Part shown: positions 36,585-46,218 of the stretch, piece after piece
Position numbering within the stretch: the stretch's first letter is position 1
Layout of the letters: each line of letters opens with the position of its first letter
Notes under the pieces: generated by a model
Told to the model about the DNA's origin: nothing
The model's input: the letters and a program-made list of their open reading frames with translations, nothing else
Databases searched by the model: none
DNA from: Arthrobacter sp.
GTDB lineage: Bacteria; Actinomycetota; Actinomycetes; Actinomycetales; Micrococcaceae
Direction: 5' to 3'
DNA: 46,218 nucleotides
Assembly: GCA_046708245.1 (NCBI GenBank)
Contig: JBKKDK010000236.1
Span: 1-46,218, forward strand
Translations under genes and position numbers: made by a program

Positions 36585-37459
36585 CGGAGCGCCCCGCCGG
36601 CGGATGCGGGTGAGGGCGCGGGTGCTGCCCAAATGCCGGTGGCGGCGGCGCGGGCCGCGTACGTGCTGAAGTCCGCGGGCTGCCGGTTGAGGACCCGGGC
36701 GAGGTCGCCGGTCAGGGTGGCGTTCCGCCCGTCGAGGATTTCGGTAAAGAGCCCGGCGAGCGGCACGGCTTCCGCGGCGGGGATCCCGTCGTGGGCGAGA
36801 TCTGCCGCGAATTCCTGTACGGAGCATGGAACGAATTCGACCGGCCGGCCCGTCGCGGCCGACAGTTCGGCAGCGACGTCCCGGAGGGTGAGCAGCCGCG
36901 GGCCGGTCAGTTCCAGCACCCGCCCGACGTGGCGGTCGGTGGTGAGGGAGTCCGCGGCGGCTTCGGCAAGGTCATCCAGATCCAGGAAGGGCTCCTCGAT
37001 GCCCCCGTCGGCCGGCAACAGCAGCCGACCCCGGCGGACGGGGCCGAGCAGGAAGTGCTCGCTGAAGTTCTGCGCGAACCACGCGCACCGCAGCACTGTC
37101 CACTCCAGCCCGGACGCCCGCACGGCGTCCTCGGCGGCCCGCGCCCCGTCCTCACCGCGGCCCGACAGCAGCACAAGTCTTTGCACCCCCGCAGCCGCGG
37201 CGGCCGCGGTGAAGTCGGCAATCAACGCGGGCACGCCCGGAAAGGCCAGGTCGGGGCTGTAGCAGAGGTAGGCCGCCCGCACGCCGCGGAGGGCCGGGGC
37301 CCAGGTCTTGGGATTGTGCCAGTCGAAGGGTGACGGGGAATTCCGTGTGCCGATCCGTACCGGCACCTGACGGTCGGACAGACGACGGGCGAGGCGGACG
37401 CCGGTACGGCCGGTGCCGCCGGTGACAAGAACAGGAGCGTGGAATGTTGTTGTGGTCAT
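36581..37459 (-). CDS. NmrA-like NAD(P)H-binding protein
   Basis: VLVTGGTGRTG, LLSGRGE, WFAQNFSE, ELTGPRLLT. Confidence 0.9.
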   Translation of the reverse strand: MTTTTFHAPVLVTGGTGRTGVRLARRLSDRQVPVRIGTRNSPSPFDWHNPKTWAPALRGVRAAYLCYSPDLAFPGVPALIADFTAAAAAAGVQRLVLLSGRGEDGARAAEDAVRASGLEWTVLRCAWFAQNFSEHFLLGPVRRGRLLLPADGGIEEPFLDLDDLAEAAADSLTTDRHVGRVLELTGPRLLTLRDVAAELSAATGRPVEFVPCSVQEFAADLAHDGIPAAEAVPLAGLFTEILDGRNATLTGDLARVLNRQPADFSTYAARAAATGIWAAPAPSPASAGGALR

Positions 37460-37540
37460 GCCCCAACACTGCCAGCCGACTGCTGGACTCTGAATATTCC
37501 AGAGTCGCCATTGCATCTTCCAGCGTCTATTATCCGGAGT

Positions 37541-38545
37541 ATGGATCCCCTTTCGCAGTTCCTCACCGGGCCCCGCGCGCAGGCAGCCTTCACGCTGCGG
37601 GTGGTGATGGACCCGCCGTTCGCCATCGACGTCCAGGACGGTGCCGCCCTGACCGTGATCGTGGTGGTCCGCGGGCAGGCTTGGATTGCTGCGCAGGGAA
37701 GCGCGCCACGGTTGCTGAGTCCAGGACAGGCGGCCACTGTTCGCGGGCCGGCCCCCTACCGGGTGGCGGATGTGCCGGACCGGGCACCCACTGTGATGAT
37801 CGGCCCCGGACAGTCCTGCCGTACACCGGCGGGGGAACACGTCGAGACCACCATGGCCCAGGGCGTCCGGACCTGGGGGAACAGTGCGGACGGAGAAACG
37901 GTCCTGCTGGTCGGCGCCTACCAGACCGAGGCGGCAGCAGGCCAGCTCGTTACGTCTGCCCTCCCGCCCCTGGCCGTCTTCACAGAGAAGGAGACCGACC
38001 CGGCCCTCCTCGGACTGCTGGAGCGCGAGCTCAGCTGTTCGGGTCTGGGGCAGGAGAGCGCCCTGGACCGGGTGCTGGACCTGCTGCTGCTGCATCTGGT
38101 GCGCATTTGCGTTCAGCGCGCCGACGTGGCGGCACCGAGCTGGGCGGCCGGCACCCGGGACCCCGCCGTCGCCCGGGCCCTGGCCCTGCTGTACGGGGCA
38201 CCGGCCGCGCCGTGGACCGTGGCGGAGCTGGCCCGCCAGGCACACGTCTCCCGGGCGTCACTCGCATCCCGGTTCCACGCCGCCGTCGGACAGCCGCCGA
38301 TGACCTACCTCTCGACGTGGCGCCTTACCCTTGCCGCAGACAGGCTGGTGGGCAGTACCGCGACCACCGCGGCCATTGCCGCCGAGGTCGGCTACAGCAG
38401 CGCCTTCACGTTCAGCACCGCGTTCACCCGGGTCTTCGGCGCCAGCCCGACGAGCTACCGCCGCGCCCGGCGGACACAACGCCACGCGGGCAACTTGGAT
38501 GAGTTTGAGCGGCTGCTGGACGAGCCCACCCAACCGACGCCATAA
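37541..38545 (+). CDS. AraC family regulator with cupin domain
   Basis: PWTVAELARQAHVSRASLASRF..VGQPPMTYL..WR; VGYSSAFTFSTAF. Confidence 0.92.
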   Translation: MDPLSQFLTGPRAQAAFTLRVVMDPPFAIDVQDGAALTVIVVVRGQAWIAAQGSAPRLLSPGQAATVRGPAPYRVADVPDRAPTVMIGPGQSCRTPAGEHVETTMAQGVRTWGNSADGETVLLVGAYQTEAAAGQLVTSALPPLAVFTEKETDPALLGLLERELSCSGLGQESALDRVLDLLLLHLVRICVQRADVAAPSWAAGTRDPAVARALALLYGAPAAPWTVAELARQAHVSRASLASRFHAAVGQPPMTYLSTWRLTLAADRLVGSTATTAAIAAEVGYSSAFTFSTAFTRVFGASPTSYRRARRTQRHAGNLDEFERLLDEPTQPTP

Positions 38546-38683
38546 TGCACAACACCACACCGCGCCGCAGGGCAGCGATTTACACCACTTCACGCGTCTC
38601 CAGCGCCGGGGCGTCGGATCCGCATCGCGACCCGGTCGCATTCCGTGGTCAAGTGCAAGAAGAATTCGTGGACGGAGAGACTC

Positions 38684-39652
38684 ATGGCTGCACAAGAAGT
38701 CGGACGAAAAGGTGCCGGAGGGCCGGCGTCGGTCCGCCCGTTGCGCGAAACGGACCTCGATCGCGCCGACGCGATACTCAGGGCGGCGTTCGGGACGTTT
38801 CTCGGGGTTTCCGATCCGTTCGGGAGCGCTGACTACGTCCGCACCCGCTTTGCCGCCGATCCGGGCGCCGCGTTCGCCGCAACCGTCGAGGGCGAGCTCG
38901 CCGGAACGAATTTCGCCGCCAACTGGGGCAGCGTCGGATTCTTCGGCCCGCTCACCGTGCGCCCGGACCTGTGGGACCACGGCGTCGGCAAAAGCCTGAT
39001 GGAGCCGATCATGGGCTGCTTCGAGACCTGGGGCAACAGCCATCTCGGCCTGTTCACCTTCTCGCACAGCCCCAAACACCTCGAGCTCTACCGCCGGTAC
39101 GGCTTCTGGCCCCGCTTCCTGACCGCCGTCATGCGAAAGCAGGTTGCGGCCCGTGGCGCGGTGCCCGCGCGGAGGACGTATGCCGAGCTCCCCGCCGCCG
39201 AACGGCCCGAGTACCTCAAGGCCTGCCGCGCCCTTACCGACGCCGTATACGAGGGACTCGATCTGGAACGCGAGATCGAGGCCGTGCACGCGCAGGGACT
39301 CGGGGACACCGTGCTGCTGCCGGGCGAGTCCGGGCTCGACGGGCTGGCCGTGTGTCACTGTGGACCGGGCTCGGAGGCCGGTGCGGACGTGTGCCTCATC
39401 AAATTCGGCGCCGTTCGCCCCGGGCGGGGGGCCGGTGACCGATTCGAACGATTACTCGACGCGTGCGAGGACCTGGCCGCCCAGCGGGGACTGGGTCAGC
39501 TCGACGCCGGGATGAACCTGAGCCGCCAGGACGCCTACCAGCGCATGGTCGTCCGCGGCTTCCGAACCGGATTGCAGGGCGTCACCATGCACCGGCCCAA
39601 CGAGCCCGGCTACAGCCACCCCGACGCCTACGTGATCGACGACTGGCGCTGA
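38684..39652 (+). CDS. GNAT family N-acetyltransferase (tandem GNAT)
   Basis: FGPLTVRPDLWDHGVGKSLM, LELYRRYGF; second GNAT-like half. Confidence 0.82.
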   Translation: MAAQEVGRKGAGGPASVRPLRETDLDRADAILRAAFGTFLGVSDPFGSADYVRTRFAADPGAAFAATVEGELAGTNFAANWGSVGFFGPLTVRPDLWDHGVGKSLMEPIMGCFETWGNSHLGLFTFSHSPKHLELYRRYGFWPRFLTAVMRKQVAARGAVPARRTYAELPAAERPEYLKACRALTDAVYEGLDLEREIEAVHAQGLGDTVLLPGESGLDGLAVCHCGPGSEAGADVCLIKFGAVRPGRGAGDRFERLLDACEDLAAQRGLGQLDAGMNLSRQDAYQRMVVRGFRTGLQGVTMHRPNEPGYSHPDAYVIDDWR

Positions 39653-39679
39653 AGGTCGCCGGGTGGCCCCCGAGCCTGG

Positions 39680-40303
39680 CTACGGCGTGACGTAGCTGCC
39701 GAAAAGCCTGCGGGCCCTCACCCCGTCCAGTTCCTCGTAGTCCCTGATGATGAACTGCGCGCCGGCGGCGCGGAGCCGGTCTTCGGGGCAGTACCCGCTG
39801 AGGACTCCGACCGCGGTGCAGCCCGCGGCGACGGCGCTGGCGACGTCGTATTCCGTGTCACCGAAGTACATGGCGTCGCCGTCGCCCCGCAGGCGCTCCA
39901 GCGCCCGGACCTTGTCCGAGGCCCCGCTGAGGACCTCGTCGAAGCAGTCCGTGAGACCGAAGTACGCCACCTCTTCGCGCAGGTACTGCTCCCCGGCCGC
40001 GGAGATGACCGCGCAGTACTCGCCGGCGTCGTGCAGTGCCCGCAGAAACGCGGCCGCGCCCCGGCGGATCGGCGCGTGCCGTGACGCCATGGCCGAATTC
40101 CAGCGGGACGTTGCCGCCGCCACGTCCTGTCCCGAAACACCGAGCCGGAGAAACATCTCGTCCATCGGCAGGATGAAGCTGCGGTCGAAGTCAAGGGGAT
40201 CGATGGGCGGCGCCCCGACGGCGTCCAGCGCCGAGTTGGTGGCGAAGCAGGCCCGGCCGGCGTCGTCCGCTACGGTGCCGTTCCAGTCAAAGAGGAATTT
40301 CAT
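39680..40303 (-). CDS. HAD family hydrolase
   Basis: FLFDWNGT motif I, ISA motif II, YFGDTEYD motif IV; ATGA overlap. Confidence 0.88.
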   Translation of the reverse strand: MKFLFDWNGTVADDAGRACFATNSALDAVGAPPIDPLDFDRSFILPMDEMFLRLGVSGQDVAAATSRWNSAMASRHAPIRRGAAAFLRALHDAGEYCAVISAAGEQYLREEVAYFGLTDCFDEVLSGASDKVRALERLRGDGDAMYFGDTEYDVASAVAAGCTAVGVLSGYCPEDRLRAAGAQFIIRDYEELDGVRARRLFGSYVTP

Positions 40304-41433
40304 ACTGCCTCCGCCAATGCCGCCGCCGTGAGGCCAAGCCCAGCAGCCGTTCCCGCCCGGAGGCCCTGGGGTCCGCTGAACCAGTGGATCTTCGCGGGCC
40401 GGGCCCACAGACGCACTCTGGAGTGCAGCTGCGGACGGTCCTCGAGCCGGCACGAGACCAGGACTATTTGGTCACCCAGATCAACGTGGATGGTCCGGAG
40501 CGGGCCGTTCGGCTCCACCAGGATCACTGTTCCTTCCGCGGTCCAGGCGTCGGCCCGGTCCGGGGCGCCCAGCTGGATGTCCTCCGGACGGATGCCCACC
40601 TGCGCGTCGGAAGCCAGCCCGGGGTGGGTCCGGTCAATGCCTTCCGGGAGCAGAATGCGCCCGAAGGCTGTGGCCGGCTGCCCCTGCTGGTCCGCCGTCG
40701 CAGCCAGCAGGTTCATCGGAGGTGCCCCGATGAAGCCTGCCACGAACGCCGAAACAGGCTCATCGTAGAGTTCGTCCGGGGTGCCCAGTTGGACAATGCG
40801 CCCGCGGTCCATAACGGCGACCCGGTCGGCCATGGACATGGCGTCCTGCTGGTCGTGGGTGACGGTAACGCCCGTGGCACCCTCCTGGCTGATGAGCTGG
40901 TGGATCTCCGCGCGCAGCGAGATGTGCAGCTGGGCGTCCAGCCCGGACATCGGTTCGTCCAGGAGGACGACGCCGGCGTGCCGGGCAAGAGCCCGGGCCA
41001 GGGCGATGCGCTGGCGCTGGCCGCCGGACATCGCCTTGGGCCGCCGGTCCAGCAGATCTTCCACCCGCATCCGGGCTGCGGTCTCCCGGGCCCGCTGTTC
41101 GGCGTCCTTCCGTGACAGGCCAAGGCCGTGCCGCAGCCCCAGCGTGATGTTGCCCATCGAAGTCAGGTGCGGGTAGAGGGCGAAATTCTGGAAAACGATA
41201 GAGATGTCGCGTTCATGGGCCGGGACGCCGTCCTGGTCCGTTCCGTCCAGCAGCACACGGCCGGTGTCGGGATCCTCCAGTCCTGCGATGATGCGCAGCA
41301 GTGAGGATTTGCCGGAACCGGAGGGGCCCAGGATGGCCAGGCTTTCGCCGTCGCGGATCTCAAGATTGACGCCATCGAGGGCAGTGACCTGGCCGAAACG
41401 CTTGGAGATGTTCTGCAGACTGATTGCCGCCAT
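40300..41433 (-). CDS. ABC ATP-binding protein (MalK/UgpC-like)
   Basis: [30 protein letters not shown]. Confidence 0.95.
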   Translation of the reverse strand: MAAISLQNISKRFGQVTALDGVNLEIRDGESLAILGPSGSGKSSLLRIIAGLEDPDTGRVLLDGTDQDGVPAHERDISIVFQNFALYPHLTSMGNITLGLRHGLGLSRKDAEQRARETAARMRVEDLLDRRPKAMSGGQRQRIALARALARHAGVVLLDEPMSGLDAQLHISLRAEIHQLISQEGATGVTVTHDQQDAMSMADRVAVMDRGRIVQLGTPDELYDEPVSAFVAGFIGAPPMNLLAATADQQGQPATAFGRILLPEGIDRTHPGLASDAQVGIRPEDIQLGAPDRADAWTAEGTVILVEPNGPLRTIHVDLGDQIVLVSCRLEDRPQLHSRVRLWARPAKIHWFSGPQGLRAGTAAGLGLTAAALAEAV

Positions 41434-41435
41434 GT

Positions 41436-42734
41436 TTATTTACCGAGGAGTGCGTTGATGGTCTTGGCTGCTGCCGGAACGGCCTCATCGGCGGGTTTTC
41501 CGGTGCCCATCTGCTGAAGCATGGTACGGAGGGTGTCGATAATCGGCGCCGTCTGCGCTCCGGCGAAGCCGCCCCACACGGTCAGGGGCTTGTCGTAGGT
41601 CCAGGCGTAACGCATCTGCGGTGCGATGTTTTCGCCCTTGAGGAGCTCGGCGGTGGCAAGCTTGTTGACCGGGATGTAGCTGTAGTCCTTGCCGCTGCTG
41701 AGCAGGGAGGCGTCCTTGGTGAGCATTTCCGTGATCATGGCCTGCGAGAAGGCGGCCTTGCAGGAGTCTTCCGAGATCACAACCCAGCCGTTGCCGCCGG
41801 CGGGCAGAGCCCCTGCCGGGCCGTTGAGGCCCGGAAGGTCAATCGGCGTCCAGTCGAGTTCCTTCGGGGCGTTCTTCACCACCCGGGCGATCCGGGAAGT
41901 CGTGGCCATCTGGAAGGCCAGGTTACCGGCGACGAACTGCGCCTCGCCGTCGTCCATCTTGACATTCAGGGCGACCTTTTCCGTGGCGAGCGTCGAGATC
42001 AGGCCGATCGCCTCGCGTCCTTTCGTTGTGTCGAAGCCGAAGGACCCGTCGTCGGCCACGAACTTTTCGCCGGAAGACTGGACCAGCGCCTGGGAGAACC
42101 AGTCGGGGAGGTCGTCCGAGGCAATGTTGATGCTCGGCTTGCCGGTCTGCTCCGTGACCTTCTTGGCCGCCTCAACGACCTGGCCGAAGTCCTTGATGCC
42201 GGCCGGATCCGCGATGCCGGCCTCCGCCAGGAGCTTCTTGTTGACCAGCATCACCGGCGTGGAGATCTGGAAGGGGGCGAGGTAGCTCTTTCCGTCCGCC
42301 GTGCCGGCAGCAAGGAACTGCTTCTGGTAGCCCTCCGGCAGCGTGGCCGGGTCAATGGTGGAGGGGTTGAAGGTGTCCGTCCAGAAGCGCAGCTGGCCAA
42401 GGCCGGTCATGATGAGGTCCGGCCGCTTGCCGACCGCGCTGTCCGCCACGATCTGCTTGGTCAGGTCCGAGTAGTTGGAGCTCTGTGCGGCCACGGCGTC
42501 AATTTTCAGGCCCGGGAACTTCTGCTCCATGACCTTCTTGGCGTGCTCGACGGCGGGGGTGCCCTGCGGTGCGTAGGCCAGCTTGATGCTGGACTCTGCG
42601 GGTTTGCACTGGTCGATCGCAGCGGCCGCTGCGGCCTGGTTCCCGGAGGAGCTGGCGGTGGGTGATCCGCAGGCGGAGAGGCTCAGGGCGACGGCGGTCA
42701 GGACAGAGGCGGTGGCGATGGTTGTGGTGCGCAT
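41436..42734 (-). CDS. ABC extracellular solute-binding lipoprotein (family 1, UgpB-like)
   Basis: Lipobox LSAC; PFQISTPVMLVNKKLL; PAGGNG; AAGGA RBS. Confidence 0.88.
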   Translation of the reverse strand: MRTTTIATASVLTAVALSLSACGSPTASSSGNQAAAAAAIDQCKPAESSIKLAYAPQGTPAVEHAKKVMEQKFPGLKIDAVAAQSSNYSDLTKQIVADSAVGKRPDLIMTGLGQLRFWTDTFNPSTIDPATLPEGYQKQFLAAGTADGKSYLAPFQISTPVMLVNKKLLAEAGIADPAGIKDFGQVVEAAKKVTEQTGKPSINIASDDLPDWFSQALVQSSGEKFVADDGSFGFDTTKGREAIGLISTLATEKVALNVKMDDGEAQFVAGNLAFQMATTSRIARVVKNAPKELDWTPIDLPGLNGPAGALPAGGNGWVVISEDSCKAAFSQAMITEMLTKDASLLSSGKDYSYIPVNKLATAELLKGENIAPQMRYAWTYDKPLTVWGGFAGAQTAPIIDTLRTMLQQMGTGKPADEAVPAAAKTINALLGK

Positions 42735-42810
42735 GGTGTTTTCCTTGGGTTGGTTTGGTGCGCTGGTGTTGGGAGGGTGTGCGTTGAAGGGAGAAAAAGG
42801 GCCTGGCGGT

Positions 42811-43632
42811 TTAGCCGGCGACTTCCGGGCCGGCCATGCCACGGACAAAGTGGCGTTGGGCGAGGAGGAACAGGAGGATCACAGGTGCGGTGACGATCGC
42901 GGCCGCGGCGGAAAGCGCAGGGTAGTCGAAACCGGTATCAGCGTTCTGGAATATGGCGAGGGTCAGCGGGGGCGTCATGATCTCCGGGCTGCGGGCCACC
43001 AGGAGCGGCCACAAGTAGTCGTTCCAGTGCGTGAAGACGGACAGCATCGAGAAGGCGGCGATGGAGGGGCCGGACATGGGAACCACCACCGAGACGAGCG
43101 TCCGGAGGGGTCCCAGCCCGTCTGTCCGGGCGGCTTCCATGATGGCGTCCGGGATGGACAGCATCTGTTGCCGCAGCATAAAAATTCCAACCGCACTGGT
43201 GACGAAGGGCAGCACCAGGCCGATCCGGGTGTCGCCCAGGCCCAGCAAGTTCAGGCCCACAAAGGTGGGGATCAGCGTGGCCTGGCTCGGGATAAGCAGG
43301 CATGCCAGCACCACTCCGAGCAGGGCATCGGCTCCGCGGAAGCGGAACCGGGCGAGGGCGTAGGCTGCCGGGATGCAGGTCAGGAGCTGCAGGAGCAGGA
43401 TCCCCAGGGTCACCGTGATGCCGTTCAGCATTGCTGATCCCAGATTGGCCCGGTCCCAGGCCCGCGCAAAGTTCGACAGGTCCAGCTCAGCCGGGATCAG
43501 GCTCAGCCCGGTCAGGATATTGCCGTCGGCCGGTGCCACCGCGGTGCGGAGCATCCAGTAAAAGGGAAACAGGGACAGGACTACGGCGACTGCTCCGAGA
43601 ACCAGGCCGAGGGGCTTGTAGAGACGGATCAT
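42811..43632 (-). CDS. Carbohydrate-type ABC permease (UgpE/MalG-like)
   Basis: PFYWML, AAYALAR, IMEAARTDG, WNDYLWP. Confidence 0.92.
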   Translation of the reverse strand: MIRLYKPLGLVLGAVAVVLSLFPFYWMLRTAVAPADGNILTGLSLIPAELDLSNFARAWDRANLGSAMLNGITVTLGILLLQLLTCIPAAYALARFRFRGADALLGVVLACLLIPSQATLIPTFVGLNLLGLGDTRIGLVLPFVTSAVGIFMLRQQMLSIPDAIMEAARTDGLGPLRTLVSVVVPMSGPSIAAFSMLSVFTHWNDYLWPLLVARSPEIMTPPLTLAIFQNADTGFDYPALSAAAAIVTAPVILLFLLAQRHFVRGMAGPEVAG

Positions 43633-44579
43633 GACTTTTCCTTGAGGCTTCTGCGCCGGCCGATGATGCCGACGGCCAGGAGGATGGCGATGAGGGTAAA
43701 GGACATGGCCGAGGCTTCGCCGACCCGGAAATACTCGAATCCGACGCGGTGGGTCGCCGTCATGGCCGTTTCCGAGCTCCCCAACGGGCCGCCGTCGGTC
43801 ATAACATTCACGATTTCGAAGACCTGGGCCGCGCCGGTGATGGACAGGACGCCGACGAACACCACCGTGGGTTTGAGCATGGGCAGGGTGACGGTGCGCA
43901 GTTTCGCGAATCCCCGGATGCCCTCCACCGCGGCGGCCTCGTGGATGGATCCTGGAATCGTGGTGAGCCCGGCCATGAACATCAGGGTGCACAGCGAGGT
44001 TGCCCGCCACAGTCCCACCAGGATCACTGTTGCCAGGGACGTTTCGGCCTCGCCGAGCCAGTTGACGGGCGCAAGCCCGACGACGGCGAGCGCCTGGTTG
44101 GCCAGTCCGCCCTGCAGCGCAAAGATCCATTTGAACACCACCGCCATGGCCACCATGTTCGCCGTCATGGGCAGGATGAGTGCCGTCTTGGCCAGCCAGC
44201 TGCCCCGGCCCAGGCGCTCCATGAGCAGCGCCAGGAGCAGGCCCAGCACAATCGAGGGAACGATCGTGGCCACGGCGTATACCAGCGTGTTCCAGGCCGC
44301 CTGCTGGAGCAGCGGATCGGACAGTACGGCGAGGTAGTTGTTCAGGCCGGCAAACTTCCAGGGGCCCTTGGATAACGGGATCACGAAGAAGCTTCCGATG
44401 AAGGACAACAGCGCCGGCCCGTAGACGAAGAGCATCATGGCCAGCAAGGCGGGCAGGAGGAGGAGGTAGGGCGTGAGGCGGCCCCGGGTCCGCGCTCGGG
44501 ACTTCCCGGGCACTGGCTGCTGTCCCGACGCGGCGGCCACCTCTGTCTGCACCCGCTCGCCGGTGATGTGTGTTGTCAT
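43629..44579 (-). CDS. Carbohydrate-type ABC permease (UgpA/MalF-like)
   Basis: FAGLNNY, AGLTTIPGSIHEAAAVEG, VTLPMLKP. Confidence 0.92.
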   Translation of the reverse strand: MTTHITGERVQTEVAAASGQQPVPGKSRARTRGRLTPYLLLLPALLAMMLFVYGPALLSFIGSFFVIPLSKGPWKFAGLNNYLAVLSDPLLQQAAWNTLVYAVATIVPSIVLGLLLALLMERLGRGSWLAKTALILPMTANMVAMAVVFKWIFALQGGLANQALAVVGLAPVNWLGEAETSLATVILVGLWRATSLCTLMFMAGLTTIPGSIHEAAAVEGIRGFAKLRTVTLPMLKPTVVFVGVLSITGAAQVFEIVNVMTDGGPLGSSETAMTATHRVGFEYFRVGEASAMSFTLIAILLAVGIIGRRRSLKEKS

Positions 44580-46172
44580 CGGGACACCCCGGTAGTCCCG
44601 GTACCGCCGGCGGGCAGCTCCAGGGACAGAACACCGCCGTCGACACCGACCGTCAGGTGCCCGCCGTCGGCCGGAATCAGCGGCGCGGCGAGCGGGACGC
44701 CGATCCGGTACTCCCCTGCCGGCGTGCCGTCCACGCGGTAGCGGCGGATGACGCCGTCGAGTCCGGGCAGCAGCAACGTCTCCTCCGATCCGTCGTACAA
44801 CGGCGCTGCCATGACGGGATTGGCCTTCTTGCGGTAGGCCGTCATCGGGAAGGGGGCCACCCCTTCAACGGGGACATCCCAGATCTGTTCGCCGGTTTCC
44901 CTGTTCAGCATGCGCATTCCGCGGCCGGTCACCGTGGCCACATAGCCCTGGGAGGTAACCACCGGTGTTGACGGGCTGTAGCCGCCCTCGTGCTCCGCGG
45001 TCCACAGCACCCTGCCGCTTTCGCGGTCCAGCTTGACGGTGCCGGCAATCGCCGGCAGCAGGATGCTGTCGTCGGCGGGGTCGAACACGGCGGTGCCCGT
45101 CACCCGGAGCTTCCGCGCCGTTTCCCAGGGGTCGTCCTGCAGCACGGGAACGGCCCACAGGGACGCGCCGGTATGGAGGTCAACGGCAATCGGCGCGTTG
45201 GGCGTGGGCCAGAAACCGACCACCACCATCCTGCCGAGGATCAGCACGCTGGAGTGCGTGACGATGTTGTGGTGCGGGGAAAGGTCCGTGCGCCGCCACA
45301 GGACCTGGCCGGTGGCGGCGTCGAGGGCCCGGAGATCGCTCTGGTCGCCCAGCACCACGATCCCCTCTGATTCAACGGGCGACTGCCAGGCAAAGCGCCG
45401 GTACGGGTCGGTGGACGGTGTGGTCCAGACGCGTTTCCCGCTGGCGGCATCGAGTCCGGCGACCGCGCCGTTGACCTCTGCCACCACCACGATGCCCGCC
45501 ACCTTGACGGGCTTGGTCTTGACGGCGGAATCCGTGTCTGCCGTCCACAGCAGGCTTCCGGAGGCTGCGTCCAGGGCGTGCACACTCCCGGCGGCTTTGT
45601 CCTCGAGCTGCGAGCCGGCCAGGACCATGCCGTCCGTAAGGCTCAGTCCGGCGCGGTGCCCTGCGCCCGCCAGCTGGTGCCGCCACCGCAGCATGGAGCG
45701 CTCCGGTTTGGCGTCGTACCCGGCGATGGTGGCCTTGTCGACGTCGAAGGCGTGCTCCGGATTGTCCAGGTAGCGTGCCGGCATGGTGCGTGAGTTGAGC
45801 GTGATGTCCGTGCCGTCCCACTGCACCTCCCGGAACATGGGCGGCGAGTAGTCCAGGCCTGCGAAGAACGGTGTGGGGCTGTTGACGTGCAGCACCCCGT
45901 CGATGTCCACCACGCGGGAGGTGTGCCAGTGCCCGGAGAACGTGGCCAGGGGCTTGCGGGGCAGCCGGTCCATGATGGAATGGCCCGGCTGGTCATGCAT
46001 GCACAGGATGTACGGGGTGTCCGCGCCGGCCGCTGCGAGATCGTTGCGGAGCCATTCCTCCTGGGCCGTATGGTCCAGGCCGAGCTCGTGCGTGTGCCAG
46101 TCCATCACCACCACGTGCTGTCCGGCGACGTCGTAGGAGAACCAGCCCGGGCCCACCATCGCCTCGTAGAGT
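44576..46172 (-). CDS. Metallophosphoesterase-like domain + PQQ-like beta-propeller protein (5' truncated)
   Basis: ILCMHDQP and FSGHWH phosphoesterase motifs, then repeated ALDAASGSLLW / GLDAASGKRVW / ALDAATGQVLW blades; true N-terminus lies beyond the contig end. Confidence 0.82.
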
Positions 46173-46218
46173 CTGTCTCTTATGCCCAACTCCGCGCCCA
46201 CGAGCCACTCGCTCAGAT
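46173..46218 (+). other. Degenerate Nextera adapter read-through (artefact)
   Basis: CTGTCTCTTATGCCCAACTCCGCGCCCACGAGCC matches CTGTCTCTTATACACATCTCCGAGCCCACGAGAC at 29/34, followed by an index-like 8-mer. Confidence 0.88.

Noticed and set aside
1-46218. CRISPR array, transposase/integrase, prophage, rRNA
   Set aside because: No repeat-spacer periodicity or recognisable motifs found

Overview
High-GC actinobacterial chromosomal DNA, most likely Micrococcaceae (Arthrobacter/Pseudarthrobacter-like; inferred from gene content). It looks like a whole assembly contig: a poly-G/C artefact at the left end and a degenerate Nextera adapter at the right end. Left to right: small genes (DUF1540, NTF2-like, PTP-like phosphatase, DUF4287), a four-frameshift SulP pseudogene, a BASS symporter and a short LacI regulator; an organosulfur-scavenging cluster (FAD/NAD(P)-oxidoreductase-GNAT fusion, polar amino acid ABC transporter, three luciferase-like monooxygenases, DUF1684, second binding protein) whose proteins are almost free of Cys/Met; a NarL two-component system; an APC permease; an operon of EspR-like HTH + HExxH (ImmA/IrrE-like) peptidase + multi-TM protein + MpaB/Lcp-like heme oxygenase behind twin palindromic operators; an ECF sigma/anti-sigma pair; an RPH-like PEP-utilising enzyme; a serine-hydrolase lipoprotein with substituted catalytic motifs, preceded by a ~70-nt tRNA/tmRNA-like element; small-protein genes beside a TetR; AraC-NmrA-DUF1772; a GNAT; and a phosphoesterase/beta-propeller + sugar-type ABC + HAD operon. 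No rRNA, canonical tRNA, CRISPR or transposase was seen. Family assignments come from motif recognition, not database searches.
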